Source: a bacterium
Lineage (GTDB): Bacteria > UBA8248
Length of the DNA: 64,000 bases
NCBI GenBank assembly: GCA_965199855.1
Contig: OZ241326.1
Coordinates: 1,248,001 to 1,312,000, forward strand
Direction: 5' to 3'
The position numbers and the translations under genes were made by a program. The notes under the pieces were generated by a model. The model was not told where the DNA came from. It made no database searches and was given only the letters and a program-made list of their open reading frames with translations. This document shows, piece after piece, positions 1 to 8,444 of the stretch; within the stretch, counting starts at the first letter, position 1; each line of letters opens with the position of its first letter.

Positions 1-623
1 TGGACGTGCTCAAGGACAGGCTCTACATCTCGCTGCCCGACGACGCGGAGCGGATGTCCGGCCTGAGCGCGATGCACGACGTTCTGGACGCGTTGCTGCG
101 GATGATGGCGCCGCTTCTGCCCTTCACGGCGGAGGAAGCCTACCGCCTCACGCCTAAGCTCCACGGCGAGAGCGTTCACCTGGCCTCTTTGCCCGAGAGC
201 GACCCCGCGCGGCGCGACGACGCCCTGGAGGAGAAGTGGGAGCCGCTCATGCGCGCGCGGGGCGAGGTGCTCAAGGCGCTCGAGCTCGTCCGCCGAAGCC
301 GGGAGAAGGGCAAGGGCGGCTCGCTCAACTTCAGCGTCAGGCTGTTCGCCGACGGGGAGGCGCGCGAGAGGCTGGCGCCGCTCGAGCCGCAGATGGAGGA
401 CGTGTTCATCGTCTCGGGCGCGGCGCTCGCCGCGGCGGGCGAGACGCCCCCGGCGAAGGCCTATCGCAGCGAGGAGGTGGAGGGGCTGGCCGTCGAGGTG
501 CGCGAGGCGCGGGGGGCGAAGTGCGCCATGTCCTGGAAAATCTCCGAGGACGTGGGCGCCGACCCGCGCTTTCCCGATCTTTCGGCGCGCTGCGCGCGCA
601 TCGCCGCGAAGACGCTTTCGTGA
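1..623 (+). CDS. ileS: Isoleucyl-tRNA synthetase, C-terminal fragment (truncated by window edge)
   Basis: KDRLY...MAPLLPFTAEE anticodon-binding domain and a degenerate C-terminal Zn-finger-like segment (KCAMSW...LSARC); directly upstream of lspA as in the usual ileS-lspA pair. Confidence 0.93.
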   Translation, partial: DVLKDRLYISLPDDAERMSGLSAMHDVLDALLRMMAPLLPFTAEEAYRLTPKLHGESVHLASLPESDPARRDDALEEKWEPLMRARGEVLKALELVRRSREKGKGGSLNFSVRLFADGEARERLAPLEPQMEDVFIVSGAALAAAGETPPAKAYRSEEVEGLAVEVREARGAKCAMSWKISEDVGADPRFPDLSARCARIAAKTLS

Positions 624-1129
624 GCGGGCGGCCGAGGCTCAAGCCGCTTTTTCTGTTCGCCGCCGCTTTCGCCCTGGCCGATCAGGCGCTCAAGCGGATG
701 GTGGACGCCGCCTTCGCCCTGGGCGAGTCGCGCGCCGTCGTTCCCGGATTCTTCAGCCTCGCGCATCTGCGGAACCCGGGCGGCGCGTTCAGCGTTCTGA
801 ACGATCTGCCGCCCCCGTGGGGCCGCCTGTTCTTCATCTGCGCCACCCTGGCGGCGCTGGGCTTCGTCCTGCATCTCTACCGGAGCCGCCGGCCGGGAGG
901 CCCGTGGGGGCGGGCGGGGCTTTTTCTCGTCTTCGGCGGCGGCCTGGGCAACCTGATCGACCGCGTAGCCCACGGCGAGGTGATCGACTATCTCCTGTTC
1001 TATTACGGGGCGTATCACTGGCCCGCGTTCAACCTGGCGGATTCGGGCATCACGGTCGGGGTCTGCCTCCTGGCGGTCGATCTGCTCCGCAATCCGGCGG
1101 AATCCCCGGCGCGCGGAACGGAGGGATGA
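620..1129 (+). CDS. lspA: Lipoprotein signal peptidase II
   Basis: GTG at 620 overlaps the ileS stop, in the frame of ORF 236..1129; motifs DQALK, NPGGAFS, GGLGNLIDR, VIDY, WPAFNLAD. Confidence 0.95.
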   Translation: MSGRPRLKPLFLFAAAFALADQALKRMVDAAFALGESRAVVPGFFSLAHLRNPGGAFSVLNDLPPPWGRLFFICATLAALGFVLHLYRSRRPGGPWGRAGLFLVFGGGLGNLIDRVAHGEVIDYLLFYYGAYHWPAFNLADSGITVGVCLLAVDLLRNPAESPARGTEG

Positions 1130-1176
1130 GGGGCGGGGCGGTGATTTTCGCGCGCGCCCGCGCGGAGGATTGAGAG

Positions 1177-1716
1177 ATGCCGGCCCCCTTCTCCTTCTCC
1201 GGCGCCCGAGCGGGGCGCGACGGCCCCTCGATAGGCTCGGCGACCCGGGCGCGAGGCTACGCGCGCCATTACCTGTGGAACACGTGCGCCTTCTGGGGGG
1301 CGGCTTCTCTGGCGTGCGCCTCGGGCCTGGGGTTCCTCATCGCCGCCCGCCCGCTCGAAGAAGATACGCTCTTCTACGCCGCCTCCGCTCTGGGCGCCGT
1401 TTTCGTCTATGCGTTCTGGCGAGCCTCCCGCGCGCTCGCGGACCTTGGCGGCAAGCCCGCGCGCTTCGAGGGCCGGGTGGCGTCGAAGTCCGCCTCCGTC
1501 TTCTGGAACAAGCTGGCGTTTCTGGAGGAGAAATACTACGTCGAAATCGCGCGCGGGGCGGGGATGCGCCCGCTCACGCTCGGCGGCGAGCGCGTCGTCG
1601 GGGAGGGGTGGTTCCTCTCCGCGCGGGGCTACCACGACCTGCTGGCGCCGGGAGATCAGGTGCGGGGGACGCTCTACCCCCGAACGCGCCTCATCGACGC
1701 CCTCGTCAAGGTGTGA
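1177..1716 (+). CDS. Hypothetical membrane protein (two TM helices plus a soluble C-terminal domain)
   Basis: GGAGG RBS upstream; two hydrophobic stretches; host-like codon usage; fills the gap between lspA and rluD. Confidence 0.7.
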   Translation: MPAPFSFSGARAGRDGPSIGSATRARGYARHYLWNTCAFWGAASLACASGLGFLIAARPLEEDTLFYAASALGAVFVYAFWRASRALADLGGKPARFEGRVASKSASVFWNKLAFLEEKYYVEIARGAGMRPLTLGGERVVGEGWFLSARGYHDLLAPGDQVRGTLYPRTRLIDALVKV

Positions 1717-1719
1717 GCG

Positions 1720-2670
1720 ATGGAGGAGCGGGGAGAGGAGCGCCGCGCGCTGACCTGCCGTGACGGGGCGAAGCGCATGGATTCGTTTCTGGCCGGAGAG
1801 CTGGAGAGCCTCTCGCGCTCCCGCGCGCAGGCGCTCATCCGCGAGGGCATGGTTTGCGTCGATGGACGGGTCGAGCGCAGGGCGGCGCGCGGCCTGGAGC
1901 GCGGCGCGCGCCTCGAGGTGCGGCTGCCGCGGCCCGCCCCCTCCCGGGTCGAGGCCGAGGACGTCCCGCTCGACGTCCGCTATGAGGACGCGCACCTGCT
2001 CGTCGTCAACAAGCCGCCCGGCATGGTGGTGCACCCGGGCGCGGGCCGGCGCGGGGGCACCCTGGCCGCCGCTCTTCTGAGCCATTGCAGGGGGCAGCTT
2101 TCGGGCATCGGCGGGGTCGAGCGGCCGGGCATCGTCCACCGCCTCGACAAGGACACCTCGGGCCTGCTGATCGCCGCGAAGACGGACGCGGCCCATCAAA
2201 GGCTCTCCGCCGACCTCAAGGCGCGCCGGGTGCGGCGGCGCTATCTGGCCGTCGTCCGGGGCGCGCCCGCGCGGCGCGAGGGGACGATAGACGCCCCCAT
2301 CGGCCGGCATCCCGCGCGCAGGACGGCCATGGCGGTCGTGGGCGGCGGCCGCCGCGCGGTGACGCATTACGCGGTGCGCGAGGCGCTCGAGGGAGCCTCC
2401 CTCCTCGAGGTGCGGCTGGAGACGGGCAGGACGCACCAGATCAGGGTGCATCTGAGCTACATCGGGCATCCCGTCGTGGGCGATTCGGCCTACGGCGCGC
2501 GCCGCCCGTCCAGGGGGGTGAGCGCGCCGGAAGGGGCGGACCTCATCGGCAGGCAGGCGCTCCACGCGCGCGAGCTGCGCTTTCGCCACCCCGTCGATGG
2601 CGGGGAGCGGGGGCTGAGAGCCGAGCCGCCCGCCGATTTCCTGAATCTGCTGGAGCGGCTGCGCGGATGA
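1720..2670 (+). CDS. rluD: RluA/RluD-family pseudouridine synthase with S4 domain
   Basis: VNKPPGMVVHP, HRLDKDTSG, LETGRTHQIRVH, QALHA motifs. Confidence 0.92.
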   Translation: MEERGEERRALTCRDGAKRMDSFLAGELESLSRSRAQALIREGMVCVDGRVERRAARGLERGARLEVRLPRPAPSRVEAEDVPLDVRYEDAHLLVVNKPPGMVVHPGAGRRGGTLAAALLSHCRGQLSGIGGVERPGIVHRLDKDTSGLLIAAKTDAAHQRLSADLKARRVRRRYLAVVRGAPARREGTIDAPIGRHPARRTAMAVVGGGRRAVTHYAVREALEGASLLEVRLETGRTHQIRVHLSYIGHPVVGDSAYGARRPSRGVSAPEGADLIGRQALHARELRFRHPVDGGERGLRAEPPADFLNLLERLRG

Positions 2671-3252
2671 GCCCCGCTTTCCGCGCTGAAATTGCCCCGT
2701 CAAAATGCTCCACGCGGAACATCGCCGCGCATTTGCCCGCAACTGCCCGCATTTGCGAGGCGGAGGCGGCGCCGGGGTCGGGTTATATTCCCGGTGCGGC
2801 GGAAGTGCGCCTCCGGGGGGAGGGAAAGCGGGCGAATCGGGGAGCGGGCGGGATGGTCAAAGGGGTCTCTAAGGGGTGGAAAAAGGCCGGAAAACAGCTG
2901 CGTATTTGTCTATATTGGCCTTGAATTTGTCTGTTTTTGTCGAAATTCGCGGGAATTCATCGGAGCGGGCGGGCGGGGCTTCCGAATCCCTGAAGGCGCG
3001 CCCTCATCCCGTGAATTCCCGGGCGGGGCCGGAGGGCGAGAAACGCCTCCGGAATATGGAGCGGCTCGGCGAAGCCCGCAGGGGGCGGCCCCTCCTCGGC
3101 GGACGTTGCGCCTTGCCCGGCGCCTTCTGGATGTGTCATAAGAATGAAAACAGAGATTCCGGGAGCGCCGCGCGCAGGCTTCTCCACCTCCTCTTGCCGG
3201 GGTTCAACGGCGAGGCGGAATCCATCTTTTCTGAGCGGGAGAGAGGGCTGAT

Positions 3253-4437
3253 ATGAAGGACGTAGCCATTCTCAGCAGCGTTCGCTCCCCGGGCGGGGCC
3301 TTCGGGGGCGCGCTCAGGAGCCTGACCGCCCCGGAGCTGGGCGTTCGCGTCGCGCGCGAGGCCATCCGGCGATCAGGCGTCGCGCCGGAGCATTTCGACG
3401 AGACCGTCATCGGGCACGGCTGGCAGGCGGGCGCGGGGCCCAACTCGGCGCGGCTCATCTCGGTGGGGGCGGGCCTTCCCGAGGAGACGCCCGCCTACAC
3501 GATCAACAAGCGCTGCGGCTCGAGCATCAAGGCCGCCGCCCTGGCCGCCCAGGCGATTCGCGCGGGCGACGCCGGGGTCGTCCTGGCCGGAGGCGTCGAG
3601 AGCACGACGAACGTCCCCTTCGTGAACCCGGGCGCGCGATGGGGCAGCCGGTTCGGGCACGCGCGGCTGCTCGACCTGATCTACAAGGACGGCTATGAGG
3701 ATCCCCTCTCGGGGCAGCTCATGGGCGCGACCGCCGAGAATCTGGTCGAGCGATACAACCTGAGCCGGGAGGAGCAGGACGAATACGCCCTCGAAAGCCA
3801 GGAGAAGGCCGTGGCGGCGGCGGAGGGAGGCGGGTTCGACGAGGAGATCGTCCCCATCGAAATCAAGGGGCGCAAGGGGGAGTCCTCCTGGTTCGACAAG
3901 GACGAGACGCCGCGCGCCGGCATGTCCATGGAGAAGCTCGGCAGGCTGAAGCCGGTGTTCGACGAGAACGGCTCCGTGACCCCCGGAAACTCCTGCTGCC
4001 AGGCGGACGCGGCCTCGGCGCTCGTGCTGGCGTCGAGGGAGAAGGCGGAGGAGCTGGGCGCGAAGCCCCTCGCCTTCCTGCGCGGCTGCGCCTCCACGGG
4101 CGTGGAGCCGCGCTTCATGGGGCTCGGACCGGTCACCGCCATCCCCGGGGCGCTCGACCGCGCGGGGCTCAAGCTCGCCGACATGGACCTCATCGAGGTG
4201 AACGAGGCGTTCGCCGCCCAGGTCATCGCCTGCGAGCGCGAACTCCGATGGGACAGGAAGAAGCTGAACGCGCACGGCGGCGCCATCGCGCTCGGCCATC
4301 CGGTGGGGGCGACGGGCGGCAAGCTCATCGCCACCTGCCTGAGCGCGCTCTCGCGGAGGGGCGAGCGGTTCGGCGTCGTGAGCGCCTGCGTCGGCGGCGG
4401 CCAGGGGGTGGCCGTCGTCCTGGAGCGCGTCGCCTAG
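3253..4437 (+). CDS. Acetyl-CoA C-acyltransferase (thiolase)
   Basis: TINKRCGSS (catalytic Cys), EVNEAFA, GGAIALGHPVGATG, SACVGGGQG. Confidence 0.95.
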   Translation: MKDVAILSSVRSPGGAFGGALRSLTAPELGVRVAREAIRRSGVAPEHFDETVIGHGWQAGAGPNSARLISVGAGLPEETPAYTINKRCGSSIKAAALAAQAIRAGDAGVVLAGGVESTTNVPFVNPGARWGSRFGHARLLDLIYKDGYEDPLSGQLMGATAENLVERYNLSREEQDEYALESQEKAVAAAEGGGFDEEIVPIEIKGRKGESSWFDKDETPRAGMSMEKLGRLKPVFDENGSVTPGNSCCQADAASALVLASREKAEELGAKPLAFLRGCASTGVEPRFMGLGPVTAIPGALDRAGLKLADMDLIEVNEAFAAQVIACERELRWDRKKLNAHGGAIALGHPVGATGGKLIATCLSALSRRGERFGVVSACVGGGQGVAVVLERVA

Positions 4438-4476
4438 GCGCGGCGGCCCCGGCGTTCGGCGGCGCGAGAGGACGAA

Positions 4477-5337
4477 ATGAAGATTGAAAGGGCGATGGTG
4501 GTGGGCGCGGGCGCCATGGGCGCGGGAATCGCCCAGGCGTTCGCGCAAAGCGGCATTCCGGTAACGCTCGCCGACCTGGACGAGGAGACGGCCGCGAAGG
4601 CGATCGCGGGCCTCGAGGCGCGCGCGGCCCGCCGCGTCGATCAGGGCAAGATCAGCGCGGAGGAGAAGGAGGCCGTCTTCTCGCGCATCGCGCCGGGGGC
4701 GGGCTATGCGGGAGCGGCGGAGGCGGACTTCGTGATCGAGGCGGTCTTCGAGGACATGGCCGTCAAGAAAGAGGCGCTGGCGCGTCTGGACGAGGCGGCG
4801 CCCGAGGGGGCGATTTTCGCGTCGAACACGACCTCGCTCTCCATCACCGAGATGGCGGCGGCCACCGCGAGGCCGGAGAAGGTGGTGGGCGTCCACTTCT
4901 TCAACCCGCCCCTGGTGATGAAGCTCGTGGAGATCATGCCGGGCCTCCAAACCTCCCCCGGGACGCTGGCGGCGGCGCGCGCCCTCGCCGAGCGGCTCGG
5001 CAAGACGCCCGTCGTGGCGAATTTCGACAGCCCGGCGGGCATCGGCAGCCGCGTGCTGGCGGGGATGCTCAACGAGGCGGTGGAAGTGTATGCGGGCGGC
5101 CTGGCGTCGGCCGAGGACATCGACCGGGCGATGAAGATGGGCGCGGGCCTGCCCATGGGCCCGCTCGCGCTCATCGACCTGATCGGCGTGGACGTCCACC
5201 TCGCCAAGACGGAGACGCTCTACCGGGAACTCGGAGACGCGCGCTACCGGCCCAATTTCCTGCTGCGCAAGATGGCGCGGGCGGGGCGTCTGGGCAGGAA
5301 GACGGGCCGCGGCTTCTTCGCCTACGACGAAGACTGA
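4477..5337 (+). CDS. 3-hydroxybutyryl/3-hydroxyacyl-CoA dehydrogenase
   Basis: GAGAMGAGIA Rossmann motif, IEAVFE, ASNTTSLSI, HFFNP, PMGPL. Confidence 0.93.
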   Translation: MKIERAMVVGAGAMGAGIAQAFAQSGIPVTLADLDEETAAKAIAGLEARAARRVDQGKISAEEKEAVFSRIAPGAGYAGAAEADFVIEAVFEDMAVKKEALARLDEAAPEGAIFASNTTSLSITEMAAATARPEKVVGVHFFNPPLVMKLVEIMPGLQTSPGTLAAARALAERLGKTPVVANFDSPAGIGSRVLAGMLNEAVEVYAGGLASAEDIDRAMKMGAGLPMGPLALIDLIGVDVHLAKTETLYRELGDARYRPNFLLRKMARAGRLGRKTGRGFFAYDED

Positions 5338-5352
5338 CCCCCCGGAAGAAAA

Positions 5353-6504
5353 ATGGACTTCGAGCTCAGCGAGACCCAGCGGCTCATCAGGGAGACGGCG
5401 GCGGACTTCGCCCGGACGCGCATCGCCCCCGTCGCGCGCGAGAACGACGCCGAGGAGCGCTTCCCCGCGGACGTCGTGCGGGAGATGGGGACGCTTGGAA
5501 TGTTCGGCGGGCCCGTTCCCGAGGAATACGGCGGGGCGGGGCTGGACTACGTCTCCTACGCCATTCTGAACGAGGAGATCAGCAAGGCGTGCAGCTCGGT
5601 GCGCACCGTCCTCTCGGTGCAGCTCTCCCTCGTCGCGACCACCATCCTGAAATGGGGGAGCGAGGCGCAGAAGAGAAAGTATCTGCCCAGGCTCTGCTCG
5701 GCGGAGTGGCTCGGCTGCTTCGGCCTCACCGAGCCGGACGCGGGCTCGGACGCGCAGAGCCTCAAGACCTTCGCGGAGAAGACGGCGGACGGCTGGAGGC
5801 TGAACGGGCAGAAGATATGGATCAGCAACGGCGGGGTGGCGCGGCTCGCGCTCGTCGTCGCGCAGACGGATCGGGAAAATCCCCGGAAGATGGCGGCGTT
5901 TCTGGTGGAAACCGACAGCGTGGGCTTCGAGGCGAAGTCGATGCGCGGGAAGCTCGGGCTTCGCAGCTCGAACACGGCGGAGCTTTTCCTGGCGAACGTG
6001 GAGGTTCCCGACGAGGCGCTGCTGGGCCGGGTGGGCGACGGCTTCAAGGTGGCGATGAGCGCGCTGGACAACGGGCGCTATTCGGTGGGCGCGGGCTGTC
6101 TGGGAATCGCGCAGGGCTCGCTCGAGGCCTCCGTCGCCTACGCGAAGGAGCGCCGCGCGTTCGGCAAGCCCATCGCGGCGCATCAGCTCGTGCAGGACAT
6201 GATCGCCCGCATGGTGGTGGACGTCGAGGCGAGCAGGCTTCTGCTCTACCGGGCGGGGGAGCTCAAGAACGCGGGGCGGCCGAACGCGCGCGAGACCAGC
6301 ATCGCCAAGTACTACTGCAGCGAGGCGGCGCTGCGCTGCGCGAACGACGCCATCCAGATTCACGGGGGCATGGGCTACAGCAGCGAGTATCCCGCCGAGC
6401 GCTACATGCGCGACGCCCGCGTGGCGACCATCTACGAGGGAACCAGCCAGATTCAGAAGCTCATCATCGCCGGCCACGAAACCGGAATCCGCGCGTTTTC
6501 CTAG
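5353..6504 (+). CDS. Acyl-CoA dehydrogenase (short-chain type)
   Basis: FGLTEPDAGSD, LNGQKIWISNG, QIHGGMGY, IYEGTSQIQ. Confidence 0.95.
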   Translation: MDFELSETQRLIRETAADFARTRIAPVARENDAEERFPADVVREMGTLGMFGGPVPEEYGGAGLDYVSYAILNEEISKACSSVRTVLSVQLSLVATTILKWGSEAQKRKYLPRLCSAEWLGCFGLTEPDAGSDAQSLKTFAEKTADGWRLNGQKIWISNGGVARLALVVAQTDRENPRKMAAFLVETDSVGFEAKSMRGKLGLRSSNTAELFLANVEVPDEALLGRVGDGFKVAMSALDNGRYSVGAGCLGIAQGSLEASVAYAKERRAFGKPIAAHQLVQDMIARMVVDVEASRLLLYRAGELKNAGRPNARETSIAKYYCSEAALRCANDAIQIHGGMGYSSEYPAERYMRDARVATIYEGTSQIQKLIIAGHETGIRAFS

Positions 6505-6544
6505 GGGCGGACGCCGCCGGCTCGCTGGTTTTTCCATGTTGTGC

Positions 6545-6573
6545 TTGGTGAAGCTGAAAATCCATTATATCAT
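6545..6573 (+). promoter_or_regulatory. Candidate sigma70-type promoter for the low-GC cassette
   Basis: TTGGTG-N17-TATCAT at the left edge of the low-GC segment. Confidence 0.35.
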
Positions 6574-6674
6574 TGCCTATACATTCCCATTGCAATTTTC
6601 TAAACTTCGAGAGTGGCGACTCCCGGGTGGAGGAGTTCCGTCCGAAACTGGAGCGAAAAGGGGGTGATGACGCT

Positions 6675-7289
6675 GTGTTGCATGTGAGCAGCTTCGTATT
6701 TGCCGGGAATTTCCCGGAAAATATGTTTGACGAACGAGAATTGTTTGATGGAAGGATCGATCCTGGAGGACGCCTTCACGCCGGTCCAGTCCTGCAATGC
6801 TCGTATGCGGGCGGAGTGTATCAATTCCATGCCATGCCGGATCGAATTGATCTGAGAGCGAACACGCCGAACATTATGCCCGATACCCTTATCGAGGCGG
6901 GTCAATTTATAGCCAAACAACTCGACGATGTAAAGCGAGCCGTCAAGGTTTCAGGCTTTGGAATGAATTGTGATACCATTTTTGATCAACATTTGATTCG
7001 CGCCAAGGGGCGTGACTATTGCTTTAACTTATTGGCTGGACACAAAATGAGGGCAATCGTTGACTCAGAAATTACCAATCCTCTCTCAAGAGTGCAATTC
7101 ATAAAAGGCGCAATGCGCTATGATGTGCGGATTGAGCCTCACTTTCAATCTGAGGGCAACAATTTGTTTGTGGCCGTGAACGGTCATCAAAATATCAGCG
7201 CGCAAGACTCCCTGGGTGAAAGGCTCCAATACACAGACGCTTTCAGGGAATATGTCGAAGGATTGCATCGGCGTGTTCTAAAGACTTGA
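6675..7289 (+). CDS. Hypothetical protein, gene 1 of low-GC cassette (TIGR04255-like, by recall)
   Basis: ORF 6573..7289; GTG 6675 preferred because of the AAAGGGGGTG RBS; AT-rich third positions; SFVFAGNF...GFGMN...RIEP...VNGH pattern. Confidence 0.7.
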   Translation: MLHVSSFVFAGNFPENMFDERELFDGRIDPGGRLHAGPVLQCSYAGGVYQFHAMPDRIDLRANTPNIMPDTLIEAGQFIAKQLDDVKRAVKVSGFGMNCDTIFDQHLIRAKGRDYCFNLLAGHKMRAIVDSEITNPLSRVQFIKGAMRYDVRIEPHFQSEGNNLFVAVNGHQNISAQDSLGERLQYTDAFREYVEGLHRRVLKT

Positions 7290-7302
7290 AGGAGCGAATG
7301 AT

Positions 7303-7866
7303 ATGGAAACGGCGGTTGCGTCAACGACATCTCGGGATAGCAATGCAGAATCAGGGCCTCGCAATCATGGGCTTACGCTGGCATTGCATAAACTATACCA
7401 AGATGAGCGCGCTCCAGAATACAAAGGGGAATTAAGTCGTCTCCTTTGTGAGGCTTCTCAACCAAAGCAAGATGCTGTCCAGATTCCTGAATACATTTTT
7501 GAGCGCGAATCCCTCAAGCAAGAAGTCAACGAACTTCTTGAAAGCGCCGGGTCAGAAAACTGGGACGGCGAGGGCGCTCTTGCGATTACGCCCGGTCTTG
7601 TCGGGATTGCGCATGAGGTCATCGAGAAATTGCCGATATACGCCGCCAAACCTGATGTCGAGGCTACGCCGCACGGCGAGATCGATTTCGATTGGGTCGT
7701 CGATCAGAATACGATGCTCACCGTCAGCGTGGCGCCTCCAAATGTAGTCGCATTCGCAGGTACGTTTCCAGAAGCGCGTCTTGCGGGCAAGGAAGAGTGG
7801 GCAGGCGAACTTCCCCATTTCGTAGAGTGTTGTCTTAAGCGAATCAAGCAAATCGGGAAACTGTAA
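7303..7866 (+). CDS. Hypothetical protein, gene 2 of low-GC cassette (NWDGEGA...PTPHGEIDFDW family)
   Basis: AAGGAG RBS; starts 13 nt after gene 1; low-complexity N-terminus and globular C-terminal domain. Confidence 0.8.
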   Translation: METAVASTTSRDSNAESGPRNHGLTLALHKLYQDERAPEYKGELSRLLCEASQPKQDAVQIPEYIFERESLKQEVNELLESAGSENWDGEGALAITPGLVGIAHEVIEKLPIYAAKPDVEATPHGEIDFDWVVDQNTMLTVSVAPPNVVAFAGTFPEARLAGKEEWAGELPHFVECCLKRIKQIGKL

Positions 7867-7869
7867 TAT

Positions 7870-8258
7870 ATGGCCTCCCGAGCGGAGGGTTCGCTTGCTC
7901 GGTTTGCGGTGGAAAGCGGACGCTTCGGCCCTCGACTGTAAAGCCGAAACTCTTTGAGCCCAACAGAAACCTTGAGCTATCCGTGTTTGGCATCGGAGGG
8001 CTTGTCTGCGCGGAGGTACGGGATTTGGGCATTGCCGTTGCGCGACGGCATCCAACGGCCCGCCAACTCCATGGCTGGGGAGAAATATCCGAGGAAGCGG
8101 TGGCCAGTGCGGAACTTGATATTGAGTATGACAACCAACCTGAACGTCATGCCAACATAACCGGCTGGCCCGAAGATATAGAGGAACGAAAGCTGAAGCA
8201 GCAACTTTTAGCAAGCCGCGCGCATCCGGTGAAGTTTGATTCACCGATCCCGGTATAA
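7870..8258 (+). pseudogene. Frameshifted small protein, gene 3 of cassette (candidate ADP-ribosyltransferase-like toxin)
   Basis: ATG 7870 reads MASRAEGSLARFAVESGRFGP and stops at 7939-7941; the -1 frame continues STVKPKLFEPNRNLELSVF...RHANITGWP to TAA 8258; one extra C in CCC 7929-7931 would give a single ORF of about 129 aa. Confidence 0.65.
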
Positions 8259-8444
8259 TTCCCGAACCGGTCGTTGTTTGTCATGGAGCGGATGATTGCG
8301 AAATTCGCTTTCCGGCGTTCGCTCCACTCCCCGCGCCGTTGGCGCGCATTCTCTGGGCTTGGCCTTGAAAACCCCTTGAAATTCGCCCCGGAACGGGGTA
8401 AGGCTCATCCGGAGCCGGAATTTCACGGCGAGGGGGGGGCGCTC

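Noticed and set aside
2916-2930. sigma54 promoter TGGCCT-N5-TTGT
   Set aside because: The -12 element lacks the conserved GC and lies more than 300 bp from the thiolase start; too weak to call.
3373-6537. Very long minus-strand ORFs (also 14742-17309, 23217-26981, 29874-33785, 38223-41174 and others)
   Set aside because: Antisense shadows of well-supported + strand genes in high-GC DNA; R/A/G/P-rich with no recognisable motifs.
8260-8444. Glycine riboswitch upstream of gcvT
   Set aside because: No GGAGA/CCGAAG/CTCAGG aptamer motifs and too little room for a tandem aptamer.
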